DNA from: Geosiphon pyriformis uo1 | Lineage: Eukaryota; Fungi; Glomeromycota | Reading direction: 5' to 3' | Assembly (NCBI GenBank): GCA_016748015.1 | Contig: JAAOMT010000294.1 | Coordinates: forward strand, 350,541 to 414,540 | Length of the DNA stretch: 64,000 bases | Shown: piece after piece, positions 1 through 14,298 of the stretch | Numbering within the stretch: position 1 is the stretch's first letter | How the letters are laid out: the number at the start of each line of letters is the position of its first letter | Translations under genes and position numbers: made by a program | The notes under the pieces: model-generated | What the model was told of the DNA's origin: nothing | What the model saw: only the letters and a program-made list of their open reading frames with translations | The model's database searches: none

Positions 1-914
1 TTGGGATAGATCTAGATGTGGTAAGTAAGTTGAGGTTTGTTTAGTAAATAGAAACTCATGTTGCTACTATTGGCTAATGTGTTCGCCGAAATAATGTCTA
101 AATATAATAGAATTGCAAATCTATAAATTTAATTTACATTTATTATAATTTTTTTCATTATTTTAATTTTAATTAATTTTATAGGTTTTCCAAAAAATAA
201 CATAATTGATAAAATTTTATGTTTTAATAAGTGTTAAAGATAACATTTTTTTAGAATACAACCAATAAAATATTTAATTTTTATAAGATATATTTTAATT
301 ATTTCAAATATTTTAATTGAAATGAATTCAATTTTTACATTAAAATATTGAAAAGTAATATTAAATTTTTTATAACAAACTTGATAAAGAAATATACTTT
401 GAAATCTTAATTTGGACATTTATGCGCCTTAAAATTTTTTGGTTAAGGATTGAACGTAAATCCTAATTAAGAAATAAACTCAAAATATGTGGTTGAAAAT
501 TACTAGATTCTAAAATATATTTGCTATATTTGACGAAATTTTTGATGTGAAGTTTAAGATTCAATGTAATTAAATAAACTTTTTGAAATAGCCACTTAAA
601 CTAGTCAAACAATTATTTTTGCCTATTAAAATACTTGTGAGAAATTTAAATATGCCTTTATGTTCTAAACTGTGTCGAGTAAGTGACCTCATATATTATT
701 TCCATATATGCTCGTGGGTAGATTTTCAGGTGTTCCGGAAATTGCAGAATTTTATTTGATTGGTTATTAAAAAACGTGATACATAATAATTTTAATTGGG
801 AGAAAAAGTAATAATCATGTGTTTAAAGTAATGTTTATCCGTTACCTGAATATGTAAAATAATAAAGTTAGGGAATTAAATAAAGAAAATGTATGAATAA
901 AAAACGCATAAATA

Positions 915-3400
915 CCTACCATTTTGACAAGTTGTGCTATTATGCCCTGGTTGACTGCATCTACCAAAGGTGTATGTACATGATTTTCCTTTTTTTTTTT
1001 TTTTTGGTAATGGATTTATAATATTTGGTTTCTGGGTGTCTCTTTTGTCATAAAACTAGCGGATTTTCAATTGTTCCAGGTTAATTTTCCTTGTTTGCAT
1101 CATTGACTTGGATTTTGGAGGGTTCTTCAAGATTTTGATTTTGCACTGACCTGGTAAGTGTAGCTGTTATTTATTTATGCTGATTAATGAACTCTTTTAA
1201 TAATGACAACATTTTATCATGGTTATCATAATCAACAGCAAGTTGGGTGGTATTTTGTACCAGTTCTCAGACTTCTCCATATTTGACTTTTCGTTGTACT
1301 GCACAACATAGAATACATATCACGGATTTGGGTATAGTTGAGGGATTTGGCATTAATATTTTGTTCAGATGATTCTTTGTTGATTCTTGGTTCACAAAAC
1401 AACAGGCATTCACGATTATATCATTTGTTTTTTTGCTTATCATTATACCACTGAATAGGTATTATTTGAATATGAAATCTCACAATCTTTGAGTGTAGCA
1501 TCACTCTGAAATAATGACGACAAATAATGTCATGAGATATGTTGGACATACATGAACAATGATAAGAAATAGAATTAACTACTACTACAAAATGCAGGTG
1601 TGTGTCTTTAAATCTTATGTCTTTAATTTTTCAAAGTTCTTGAACATTTTTTTTGTCAACTTTAGCAATTATCGATTTCAAAAGGATTTGTTTGGCATTA
1701 TATAAATTTTCAACAAATCTATTTGTTATGTTAGTATTAGAATCTTAAAGACAATAAAATTTTAGACTTATCTAAATAACTTAAAATATTTGTATTATAT
1801 TTTATTTATCTTAACATAATTATTCACAGTATTTATTTGTTTTGCAACAAAATACAAATATTGTGTCATTTTCAACCATTTTGCAGATAATATGTAAGAA
1901 GTAAAATATTCATGATTAACCACAAATTACTATTTGTTGTTAATATGTATTTGATAATATACTTAAGATTTTTAACATAAAAAGTAGTTTGAATTCTAGT
2001 AATAAACATTTTTGATATAAATACACAAATTTGTACTTGTCAATTAGAATAGAGCGTTTTGATTAAATAATTTTTAACATTAAGATATTTTTTAGTAAGC
2101 TAAAACTATTATTTATAAAATTATTTTTTACATAAATTGTTATAATATATAAAAAAGTCATGAATAAAACTTTTATATTAATTATAAAACTTGAATTTGA
2201 GATTTTTGGTAGATTTTTATTGATATAAAAAATATTATAATACTCTAACCAAAGAACAATCTGTGCTAATAATATCTAAAATAAGCAAATAAGTTGCTTT
2301 TTATTGTCTAATTCAAATTTAATAGCTTATTAATAATCATATAATTTGTAATTAAGAAGTGTTGTTAACAAATATAATGTATTTAGCTTTTTATTAATAT
2401 GAACTTTAAATCTTTATATTATGTTTAAAAAATCATGGTCAAGAATAGACTTAGTTAGAAATTTTGCTTTCAGTGGCTTTTTTTGAGTACCAATTAACAG
2501 ATTTTTATTTTTAATAAGAAATTAAATTTTATTAACATTTTTAGAAATATTTTAATATATTAAAACATAATATTAAGCATTAGGATATAATGAATGATTG
2601 TATATATTAACAAAAATTGTAAGAGTTATGAGTAAAACATTTCATAAAGAATTAATATTAGTATGCTATTTACAATCTTGGCATTTTGATTTATAATTAT
2701 GGTAGTCATGAAAATTGACTTTTTTTTGATTGACAATAACCACTAAATTTACATCTGTAACTATGATGTTTAATGTGACCTTTAAAATATAACTTCAATT
2801 TTTTTTAGACAATATCAAATTTTTTTTGCTTACCATAGTTTTTTATAATATTATTGGCTTCTTTTCATGATGAAAAGATATAATTAACATAGAGATCCAA
2901 TACATCTATAGATAGACAAAATAAGTAAAACTTAAAGTAATTTGTTGCATTTTTTCTAATATGTAATCTTATTTTTATTGGATTATTTATATTAGAAAAG
3001 TATTATAACACCAAAAAAAAGATGAAATCTACCAATAAGAATATAGAATACCTTTATTTACGTCTTAAGAATGTATTCTATATTAAGAGTAGGTTCTATA
3101 TTAGTAAAAGGAAATTTTTAATGTGTTTTTTTTATTATTCTCTATTGGCACTTGTTCAGATGTTTTTTTTGGTCCGTAGCTGTCAATTTTAGACTTTAAT
3201 ATCAAGAAAGTTACGGGTTAGTATTAAAAGAGAAAGATATTAATATACCATGAACTGGAATATCAATAAAATTGCAGTCTTGAATAGTTTTTGTTTGAAT
3301 AGTCAGTTTCAACATAATTTATTGGTTTTTAACACTTTAAACTTATAACTCATACTTTGTATATGAAGTTTGGCCTCTATTTTCAATAAAACTGGCTTTT
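915..3400 (-). mobile_element. Degenerate MULE/FAR1-like (Mutator) transposase relic
   Basis: Manual minus-strand translation of 1441-1600 gives HFVVVVNSISYHCSCMSNISHDIICRHYFRVMLHSKIVRFHIQIIPIQWYND (SWIM zinc finger plus FHIxxIPxxWY). ~1230-1300 gives KVKYGEV*ELV; ~1010-1075 gives IENPLVL*QKRHPETKYYKS; ~920-985 gives a zinc knuckle RCSQPGHNSTTC; ~2580-2630 gives FAR1-like TIFVNIYNHSLYP. Many stops; boundaries approximate. Confidence 0.8.
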
Positions 3401-4339
3401 CTGGACTCTGTTATTGAACAAAAACTTCAAAAAGCGCGAACGTCGCATGAAAAAAGTCACAGTTGTACGAAAAAATGCAAGCACAACAAGTTGCATGAAA
3501 AAAAGCAATAGTTATCATATATTTTTATTATATGTATTATTTGTCTTGTATTACAAATATGGTCGGAAGTCACATGATTTTCCAAGATAGTTCCTGGAAC
3601 AGAGTGTTCCATTTAGATTATAATTTTTAAAAAAAATTTCAATATTTTATTTATGATTACTACTTATTAATTTAATATTTAAAATTAATTTCTTTTTTTC
3701 AATAATAATATCAATTTTTTTTTTCAATAAAAATTTTGCTTATTTGTAAACAGAGAAATTTAAATTAAACATAAAATAAACTGAGAATTTATTTGAAAAA
3801 TATAAAAAAAAAGTTTCAAAGATTAAGAAATGTTTAAAGTGAATATTTTTATTTACATATGTTTTTTTTGTTTATAATTACTTGTTAGTAATAATAATTT
3901 TTTATATATGAATTATTTTCATTTGTTATTTTAGATTTCATGGATGATTTATTCTGAGGTTAAAGAATTTTTTTTTCAATGGATGATTGGGTAAAAATAA
4001 GCTGTTAGAGTTTGAATTTTCAGATGGTATGATATACTTTTTTAATGAGCTTGAAAAGGTAAATAAATATAGATTCGTTTTAAAAAATGTAAATATAGCA
4101 GTATATAAATTCTTATAATACTATTTTATATATCTTTAGATTGCCAAGACTCGAAAAAAAAATGATATTTATTATAGCAATTGAGTAAATAGTTCCATAG
4201 TCAATTGGATAAATTTTCATATTTCACAATTGGCAGACTTTTAGATATTTGAAATACCTACCAATTACTACGCCTACGCTGACGAAAGTTCAAAATAGAA
4301 ACTCTTGAATGTGGCAGATTTCACCTTAATAATAATAAT

Positions 4340-4600
4340 AATAATAGGAAAAAACCCTATTTTCTAAACGAAAAGGCATTTCAACTGTTCCCAGCATAAT
4401 TAAACATTGACACAAGGGAAAATGATCAGTTTGTCCAAGATCAAAAGATTGTAGAAATTTTTTTGCATGGGCTTTTTGTATGAAGAAAAGATTTGTGTTG
4501 AAATTTTGCAACAGCATGTTGGGGGAAGTTAATATAATAATTGGGAAGAAATGGTACTTTCAACAAGATTACAATCCCAAGAAATCTTTTGAAAATCTAT
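4340..4600 (+). mobile_element. Tc1/mariner transposase fragment
   Basis: Plus-strand, frameshifted VEILQQHV..EVNIIIGKKWYFQQDYNPK resembles the Tc1 second catalytic Asp motif FQQDNDPKH. Confidence 0.6.
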
Positions 4601-4879
4601 CACGAAAATTAAATGGAATTTTTTTTAGGAGAAATTGATGCATTTACAAGACAAGGTAAAACCTTGTAGGATTACAGTAAATCAAAACTGGTTTAAGCTT
4701 CAAAATATTTTATTCTTCAAGAAAAACTTTTAAAATTTTTTAGATTTTCTAAACCATCAAGTACATTTATTTTCTCATTTCAAATTATTCTATTTTTGTT
4801 TTAACATTTTCCTTTAAAACTTTTTCGAAAGTATCTAGATTTCGACTGATACCGCATTTTTCAGGAACCTTTTTGACCA

Positions 4880-5533
4880 TCAGTCACCATAGTCATAATT
4901 AGATGAAGTAGCAAAGATTTGAGTCCAGTAATCATCCACCATAGCGGAACCAAAATGGGTGAATTCCTGTTTAAGAATGTTTGCCCGATGATGGGACGAG
5001 TCCATCCATCTGTTTTTTAGGTAAAAAGAATTCGATTTTAAAAACTTCTTCCAGAGAAACTTATTTAAATAACGAAAAATTTTAAAAGATAAAAGATAAA
5101 AAATTTAAAATTTCTTACGCATCCATAATTTCATATGGATTCGATGTCTGGGCTCCGATGTTTTCACCCACATAATAATAATTAAACCCTTCATCCAGAA
5201 TACGAGTGCCAACATCTCCACCCGGATCATCATGAGTCATGGTGTGAATTTCGGCTTGATATTCGGAATGTAGTTGAGCGCATTTTATTAGGCGACTAAT
5301 AAATTAAAATATCGGGTGAATTTATTCAAAAAATCAAATGGCATAATATATATATTGACAAGATCAATAAGGAATACGTACGGATCAAGTTTCAGTGCTT
5401 GGATGCCATTCCTTACTCGCTCCTCGTTTACTAAATTTAAAAGTGTTTGAGATGAGGAAGCAAATGCCAGGTTTGTTGCCATGATAAAAATTATAAAAAT
5501 AGAGAAAAAAAGAATTTGGATTTTGAAGACCAT
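4880..5533 (-). CDS. Secreted CAP/SCP (PR-1 superfamily) protein, bacterial YkwD-like type; 3 exons
   Basis: Spliced by hand (exons ~5533-5382, 5295-5119, 5009-4880): signal peptide MVFKIQILFFSIFIIFIMATNLAFA, LLNLVNEERVRNGIQALKLDPRLIKCAQLHSEYQA, MTHDDPGG, VGENIG, WMDSSHHRANIL, YWTQIFA, stop TGA at 4880-4882. Confidence 0.88.
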
Positions 5534-7207
5534 TATTACTATTTTAGTTATTATTATTATTATTATTATTATTCTTTTTTTCTTTGTTGTGTGATTAGAA
5601 AAATTAGAAAGTATGATCAAAAAAAAAGAAAGAATGAAAAATATAGAAGAAATCAAAGTGTAATTGAACGTTCCTGACGTTGCTATTATAGAGAGAGGAA
5701 AAGCTTAAAGCCTGATATCAAATAATTTCTTTTCCACTGCCATTTTTATAATAAAATTTTTGACCCAAAAAATTTCCAATCGTTGTAACATATGTGTTTG
5801 ACTTTTTCGAAAATTCATAATTGTTGTATGAAACAAGAAAAAGCTTGGCGAAAATGTATTTTTAAGCTATTAAATTTTACAGCTATTTAAGAAAATTTTA
5901 ATCATCAAATAAGTTTTTGTTCTCAAGTCACATTATGATAGATGGTTTGATTTAGAGTGAGTATTAAAACTTCATTCTGTAAGGAAACGTCCTTTTGAAT
6001 GTAAATAAACAAAAAATATTACTCTCTCACATTCTATTTTAAATTAATATTCACTTAATTAATGGGCCACATGGAATAAAAAATTTACCATTTGGGTAAA
6101 ATAATAAAGTTTGAAAATTTTTTCTCATTTGTTAATTTGAATTGATTCTTTCTAAATCTAAATTTCTGGTATGATCCTCCCATTTATTACTTACTAAATG
6201 GGCTCAATTTCATATAATCATTGAAATTTTATTATCCTTTTAAATCTTTTAATATTTTTTTTAGAGAAACTAAATTTTTGAAGATCCTTTACTTGTAATG
6301 ATTAAAAAAGCAATTAAAAATTTGGATTATTTATTTAATCTATGTAAGAATATTGGGGAGAAAATCATGAGACTTGAGTACTTTTATGAATAAATTAAAA
6401 TCAAATTAAACTTTGGAAAAAATTAAAAGGTTTTGGTTTCAACAACTTTTCAAAAGAAAAAACACTAATTGTAATCGCATTAGATTTTTAAATACCTAGA
6501 TAACTGTCTAGCCTTTGTTCCTACATACCTATATTTATGATCAAGTACATCTCATACCAAAAGATTCGCTATTTTATTTAATCAATGAATAATACTAACT
6601 ACGACGAGAATGATGAAAATTTAGGTCATCGAGAGCGAATCTCGCCATCAAGGTAGCGGCTGGAACAAAAATTGAACATCATGTTCCGATTTCACTCATT
6701 TTCACTCAAAGTACTCTACACGAACTTCCGAGTATCTGCCCATTCTCCTTTTCTTTCGGTTCGCAATCAAGCCCTCGCGTGTCGACCTAAAATCAACTGC
6801 GTATTTCGTTATTAACATGCTCTGAATACATATTATAATTCACAAATACACTTACCGCCCATTTTATTACAGCCTCATACAAGAAGACGAAATCTAGCAT
6901 ATCTCTCCCAGTCCCTGGGCAAAGTAAAACAAAACACGGTAGAGGTGGAGCTTCAGAGGGTGGTAGCAGGAGAGCTACTCGCGATATTCGAAGAAGCGGA
7001 ACGATCAGTACTGATGGCAAGGAACAAAAAGTCGCGGTACAATATTGTTCCTTTGATTGTCCCTATAAGCTTTCGGAGCACACAATTACAGATCTAACTC
7101 TCATATTCATGACTCGGTATAGGTTAATTCAAAAAGTCTGTGGGTAACTAATAACAACAAAATTTAAATATTATAGAAAAGCACGTTTAAAAAATTCCAG
7201 TTTTACA

Positions 7208-8430
7208 TACCGCGGTAGTAGTCCAACATTGTCAGAGACTTTCGTCTTAAATGCAGCGACACTGTAGGTCCTCAGATTCGGAAAAATATGTCTACTAGCG
7301 TTTGCTTCTGATAGAAAAATGTGATTGTCAAGATATTCATGCTTTTGGCATTTTTTATATCATCATCAATGATTTTTGTTGTTGAAACCCAGCCTCGCAA
7401 CCTCATAAAAAATAATGGTATAATTATGGGACATCATTTAGGAACCTGTTACTACTAGAGAACAATTCAACGTATACTTCATAAAGAAAACGTACATTCC
7501 AATGATTTCGGTAGAAAATAGAAGAAAACGATTTGCATGGACAATAGAAAAAAAGTATTGGACTATAAACGACTGGAAAAAGGTATTCTGGATAGATGAG
7601 TCTAATTTTTCTCAGTTTCAAAAGTCTGGGTAGGGAAGGGTATGACGTAAACCAGGGGAGGAATTGTATTGCATCTTCATCAAAACATCTCCTCAAAGAA
7701 TTTTTTGGGTAGGCTTTTGTTTTTTAAATTAGGTCCCATTATTCTACTTATAGGTTCAATTACTGGAAAAGTATATCAAGATATACTTGCCACCCATCCA
7801 ATTCTTACTCTTAAAGCATTTTCCCGCCATACTAAGCAAAAATTTATTTTCCAAGAGGGACAATGCACCTGGTCACAAAGCAATAATTGCAGAAAATTTC
7901 TTTGTCAAAATGGTGGTGTCTCGACAAAGTCCTGATCTCAATCCAATTGAGGTCATCTGGACTATTATTGAAATAGCAGTTCGAAAACGCCATACTCAAC
8001 ACTCAAGTATTCATGAACTTGAGAAGGTAATTAAAGAGGAATGGAATGTGATGTGATTCCACAAAAAGTATATCGCGATTTGGTACGATGGATGCCAATT
8101 CGAATTCAATCAGTAATTGCTGCTAAAAGGTGGGCATACTAAATATTAAATGCCTAATTTCAAATAAATAGCTTTCTTTTTGTGATGTAAAAAGGGGCTA
8201 TTTTGATGAATGGAGGTATTGTGGCGAAGTTAATAGTTGTAATAAGCATTTAAAAAATACCATATGTACAAGTGTTGAAAGATGGGATACGTCTTATTCT
8301 TGCACGCGAATTTATTTTGTTAACTTTTCCACAATACCTCCATTTACCAAAATATACCTTATATAAATAAATTTTTGTTGTACTAATTTAAGAAATTGAA
8401 GCGTGGAATATTTTTCTCACCCCTCGGTAG
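7208..8430 (+). mobile_element. Degenerate Tc1/mariner element
   Basis: DWKKVFWIDESNFSQFQKSG*GRV*RKPGEE (~7570-7665), DNAPGH and SPDLNPIEVIW (ORF 7787-8056), C-terminal GHTKY* at ~8131-8148; frameshifts and stops; ends approximate. Confidence 0.85.
8199..8354. repeat. ~37 bp imperfect inverted repeat with ~80 bp loop (MITE-like or subterminal hairpin)
   Basis: tattttgatgaatggaggtattgtggcgaagttaa (from 8199) versus reverse complement of 8318-8354, tattttggtaaatggaggtattgtggaaaagttaa. Confidence 0.8.
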
Positions 8431-11349
8431 TTAATGCTAGATATAATCCAAAGTGCAGCATCAAGCACAGGATATACAAATTGATTGATTGAAACGTGAT
8501 TTCTCGAGCGTTGAGATATCTCTTGACAGATATAAGGCTCCTAAAGAGGAGACTTAAACACTAGATTCCCATTTCAACAATTCTGAGTCTTTCTATTGAC
8601 ATTCATGGTGTTCAGACTTTCCATCCATCATATTAGACCATAGTCGCAGTTGAAGAATTCTGTTAGGAGTTCATGTAAATAATCTGGTATGCTGTTGTCA
8701 ATCGAGTCAAAAGTTTGATGAAAATATATTTTCTTGGGAGTTCTTGTCGAGAAATAAGAACTTTAAAGTTAGACGTATATCTATTATGATGTTTCAATGT
8801 ATTTTTTTTAAAAATGCTAGCGATACTTTTCTCCACAAAGAAGGTATCAATTGCCTCTTCTAAATGTCTTGAACAGATTCCAGCCACACATTGATTAAAC
8901 AAATAAGTATTTAAAATATATTAAAATTTGACAAAATAATATATTAGATTTTCATCTTCTTTGCTGCGATAATACAAAATTACTGTGTTATACCCATTTC
9001 ATGATTTTTCTAATGTTCAAAGACCTGATATTACTTCCCCACTTGTTACACTAAGCTTTTATAAAAAAAATGTTGGAACGCTAATTCTAAGAATAATTCT
9101 ACTGCCCAAGAAATTCTTCACAATTGGGGGCAAAATTTCCTAATGACTTTGAGATTTATAATTAGAAATTTATATAAAAGAAAATGCGAAAGATGACTAG
9201 TTGGCAACAAAAAACTTTACGAATAATAATTCATCCAGGCGTAGTTTAAACAAGTCTTCTTTTAAAATGCAATCCTTTGAATTAATTAATAAAGAAAACA
9301 TTTATTCAATTTTAAAATAGAGTTTATATATCTTCCTAAAAAGTAAAAAGTTAATAATAAAGTCAAAAATAAAATATTTTACATATCAGATGTAATTATG
9401 AATTACACGAAGTTTTTATCAACAGATTAAAACCACGTGAAGAACAAATTTGTAACCTTAAATTACGTAAACCTACGAACAATAAAATTACAACAATAGT
9501 AAAACTTAGAAACAAACAAACAAACAAGCAAGCAAACAAGCTAATAAGCAAACAAACAAACAAGAGGAAAAATGACTAGTAATATTTATAGTTTAGGGAT
9601 TTTTATTACAGGAATTAGCCTATAATGAATATTTTTAAATGATTCTTCAACAGGTTTAATAGATCTAAGCGTTAATGGTAAAGAAAGGATATTTTTTTTA
9701 AATTTCAATAGTTTTAGATATAAATCTCATATGAAAATTTAACTAATAATACTATGAATAAGATTTTTTCTAAATACACAAAATTCTTTAATAAATAACA
9801 TTTGAGAAGTAGAATTTACATATGATGAATCTTTGTATCATAGTATACATTATAAAAACTTTTAAATTTCTTAATTCAAAATTTAGAATGTTTTTACATT
9901 TTAGAAATAAATATATATAAAGTATATTAAGAACTCCTGTTTTGTTGGTTTTTGAATAAATTTTTTTATATTACTTAAAAATTAGCTTTGATAAATACAA
10001 AATCAGTACATTTTGAATTTTTATTTCCTAAAAATATGATTAAAATAACTCTCTCGAGCTAAACTATTATTTAGAACAATTTTAAAAACTTGAATTAACT
10101 TTCCACCCTTAGATTTTTTCAGTTTTAAAATAGTACCAAAAACTCAACAAAAAATTCAATAATCACTTGAAACTACCCTTTATTTTTTTTTCGGTTGTTG
10201 GATTTTTGTACTCGGTAACAATTTCAGTTTCTTGTTTATATCACAAAGCTTAATGTATTTGCATTTATTTAGCTGAATATTTTCAATGAATGCGCAAAGA
10301 GAAAATCTTGAGAATCTAAAAAGAATTTTAGAAAGTTCAAGTATTGTATTCAACTTCAACGTCCAATTCCCAATTATACCAATTTTTTTTTCTCATTAAT
10401 GTCTTTAAGGCTTATTAAAATATTAACTTAATTTTCAAACTGTAATTCTAAATAATAGAGCACCCCGTCACCAATCTCTACCACCAGTTGATTACAATTA
10501 AAAAAGTTAAAAAGAGGGCTAACGACCTTAGCCCAGCCATACCTTTCAATTCATAAAAATTGACAGGTCTCTAAAGATAAAAATATCAGATACTTTTGTG
10601 TTGTCTGCTTCTGCTACTGTATCGCCATATGGAATCAGAAGTTCGCTTGTAGGCTTGGGAATAGTTTGCTGGGATTTGACTATAATATAAAAAATGAATC
10701 CAGAATTTCCACCTTTCTCAATTTTACTTTAATCTCTTAGTGATCATTAGCAATCGAGATGGCCAATTAGGTGTAAAAAAAAGCTAAGTGAAATAATAGC
10801 ACAAATTCTAAGGATACATACAAGGACATGAAGGTTACTTTTATTACTACTAGTAATATTTTTTGACAAATTTGGAATAAGAAAGTGAGATGAACCAGTT
10901 CAATTATAAAATGGAGATTAGCAATTATAAATAGAATATTTAAACTGATTTCGATTTTCTTACCTTGACAGTTAAGGCCTTCTTATTCAGCTATTGTGAT
11001 TACCCCATCTTTGATTGTACATTCATATTTAGGAGGTTAGGTCAACTATAAGATAGAGAGGATCCGAGGAATGGGCTTTACCTCGTATGATTTCTCGACA
11101 TTGTGATATAAAATGTTACTCAGTTTGGAAAGATTTTTCTTCAATTAAAATAATTAAAAATAAAATCAAAGTATATGGAAATTTATATCAAGTTAAAATT
11201 TCAACTGTAACAATATAAATATTTTTAAATTTATCCATTTTCTTGGAAAAGTAAAAAAATATTAAAATTACAAAAAATGTCTTGAAAAGTTCTGGCATGG
11301 CTATATAATACGCGTGACGTCATCAACTTGTCACGGATAATTATTTTTT

Positions 11350-11433
11350 ATATGCTAAAATTATGTAAAGTATGAACATTAGATTTTTTTGATATGCTAA
11401 AATTATGTAAAGTATGAACATTAGATTTTTTTG
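11350..11433. repeat. Perfect 42 bp tandem duplication
   Basis: atatgctaaaattatgtaaagtatgaacattagatttttttg occurs twice. Confidence 0.9.
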
Positions 11434-11669
11434 AAATGCTGTACACTAATAATAGAGATGATATTTAGGGATGCCTCTGATTACAACATTTTAGTTTACA
11501 AAATCAATATTTCGAAAGATTTTATAAAAATTACACTTAGTTTAAGAAAACCAAGAAATTGATGGTTCTAAAACTATAAATACAATATAGTATGCAGTTA
11601 ATATGAAGAAATTTACATTTGATAGTCGTGATGACGATTAAAAATTGTCTATAAAAAAAATTTTTTTTT

Positions 11670-13980
11670 TCATGATTTATTTGTAGTTGCTGAAGATTTT
11701 CGTCGAGGATTTATTTTATCCACTGATGGGAAACTGTTGGCGCCCGAATAGTCTTCATACTCCCTAGTGACGATATGACTTACAAATATTCGCCGCGATT
11801 GATCAATGGGAGATACAATAGTTTTCGAGTTATTGTCAAATGATTCAATTATTGACAATGAATTAGCTTCTCCTGGGTTGGAATTTCTAATAAATAAATC
11901 CTGACCCTCATTCGAAAGCTCTTCAAGTGATTGCCGCTTGGTCTCGGGTATAAAATAGGTCACGAGAAAGCCAAGAAACATGAAGAAAGCAAAGAATAGT
12001 AGCAAACGACCAACATACATATTGGTGCCGCCTATATCTTTCATTTGTATGAACCACACTTGAGCAATTAATGCACCTAGTTTTCCAAAAGCTGCAGAGA
12101 TACCGTGGCAAGTGGACCGATATCGAGTCGGAAAAACTTCTCCAGGCACAATGAACGTTGTAGTATTGGGTCCGAAGTTTTGGAAAAACTTTGATGATGA
12201 AAAGAGTATTTAGTTAGATATATATTATGTATGGAAAAAATTTTAAAAATTTTATCGATGGCATGAGTCAATTGAAAAGTTTTTTACTTGTGCTAATGAA
12301 AAGAGCAGGATGAATATTACGATCGAATGTTGTTGTAATGCTTGATATCTAAAATATGGAGTGATAAGAGAGATTAATTGAAGGAAGTTCTTTATACTTT
12401 TGCCAACTTTTTAAGAAAAAAGACAATTTGACTTTACCCAAATCCAAGTACAAGAAAGATAATGGTTAACATGATAAAACCCATTTGTTGAATGAATTTA
12501 CGACCCCTAATAATAATCAGAATAAAAAAGTTTAATGAGTATCAAAAAAAAAATTTCATTTGAAAAGTCATATATATATCATTACCAGCTATCGATCAAA
12601 AAAACAGAAAACCAATAACCCGGAACTGTTCCAAGCATTGTAATAATTATATTTCCAACAGACACATTCCATAATCTTTGAAAGGGTTCTTTCGATCCAG
12701 CAAACCCAATGGCATTCAAAATAATTGAATTATTAAGGCCAATTCCATAGAAGGCTACATCCAACAGGAACCTGGAAATTTCTTTAGCATGTGAGTTTCA
12801 AGTAAAAATTTCTCACAAAATTTCATAAAAGCTTACCAGGATGCACTGGTGCCAATAAGAACTTTAGCATTTTCCCATTTTTTAAAATATTCCTTGAAAT
12901 CTTCCCAACCAAATGAGGGAACATCTATTTGAGACTTTTCTGAGTCATTGTTTAGTTCCTGAAATTTTCCTTTGCGTATTACTGTGACAATATCATGGGT
13001 GGCTTGCTCGATATTACGCTCAACATCCATAGTAAATCGAGGGGTTTCAGGTATTGTTAAGCGAAAAAAAAGCGCCAAAGTAGCTGGTAAAACTCCAAAA
13101 GCAGTGACTATTCGCCAAATGTAATCAATATACAAAGGATCCCTTTCGATTTGATTTTTGAAAATGGCCAAAGTTAAAATCGAACAAATGCCTCCTGACA
13201 ATATTCCGAAGCCTTGCATTGCAAAGACTGCTGACATCATTGCCCCTCGGTTGTTTTTTGATGCTAATTCACTCGTTATAACTATATGTATTTATTTTAG
13301 TGATGGTAGATAAGGTGGTTTAGATTATAATGAGAGAAACTAGACTAAATTTAAATTATGACCTTGTTTTCAGTAAAGCTTACCAGCAGACATTGGATAA
13401 TCACCACCGATTCCAATACCCAGTAAAACTCTCCAAAAAATTATTGTGGTGTAAATACTTAAAGAATATGAATCTGCCGAGAAAGACTGTCCAACTGTGG
13501 CGATAATCATGATAATTAGTTCAATACCATACATCTATGTTTTAAGTTTCATTTGAGTCTCAATTGAAAAAATAGGTGAAACAAACTAGGATAATCAAGC
13601 TCAACAGAAAATCTTGGGCTTACTTGTTTTCGTCCGTAACGATCAGCTAGAATTCCAAAAGATAGTTGGCCCAACAGAGTACCAGTTGCAGCTGATACTT
13701 TGAGACCCAAATCAATATTCCGTGGCAAATTACCCTCATATTTGTCATTATTGAAATGAACAACTCCCAACATTGCCGAAATTAAATTTATCACGAATAA
13801 ATCGTAGGCGTCTGTGAAAAATCCGATTCCGGATACAATACAAATTCTTATATGAAACCATCCAAAATTTTTATCGTCAATAGTTCTCAGAGCGGCTTTT
13901 CGTTTTTCGTTTGGATCTTTTATTTTTCGCAAGGTTTCCTCTATCATATCGGTTGGTTCACTGTAACTACAAGAGGCCAT
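11670..13980 (-). CDS. PHO84: High-affinity H+/phosphate symporter (Pho84/PHT1 family, MFS); multi-exon
   Basis: SGIGFFTDAYDLF, ADRYGRK, spliced exon GIGIGGDYPMSA (13384-13535), FRLTIPETPRFT, DVAFYGIGLN, PGEVFPTRYRSTCHGISAAFGKLG, IPETKRQSLEEL. Confidence 0.96.
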
Positions 13981-14298
13981 TTTTCAAAATTTTTCAGGAT
14001 TTAAATTTTTACGTGTACCCGAGATATCATAAACTGTTCATTTTAGTGACACAATTTGAGAGTAAAAAACAATGAAGATTAAAAATTAAAAATTCAAGGA
14101 AATAATGTATATATATAAAAGATTGACAGATTTTAATTTTTTCACTATATATATATATATATGAAATTAGTTTGCGAAAATGAATGACATTAATGAAAAA
14201 AAAAAAGTATTTTAGAAGCTCAAACTTCTTAAAAAGTTTGAGATTTTTTGGTTTATTTATATTCAAAAGATCCTGGGTGGTATATGTTAAATTCCTTT

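Noticed and set aside
729-3601. Possible TIR pair for the MULE relic (tgttccggaaatt / agttcctggaaca)
   Set aside because: Only ~13 bp with mismatches and no clear TSD; too weak
7620-7660. TGA at Trp positions suggesting an alternative genetic code
   Set aside because: TAG occurs at equivalent positions and intact genes use TGA as stop; better explained by G>A decay
10440-11100. GC-richer patches, possible LINE remnant
   Set aside because: No convincing motif in any frame
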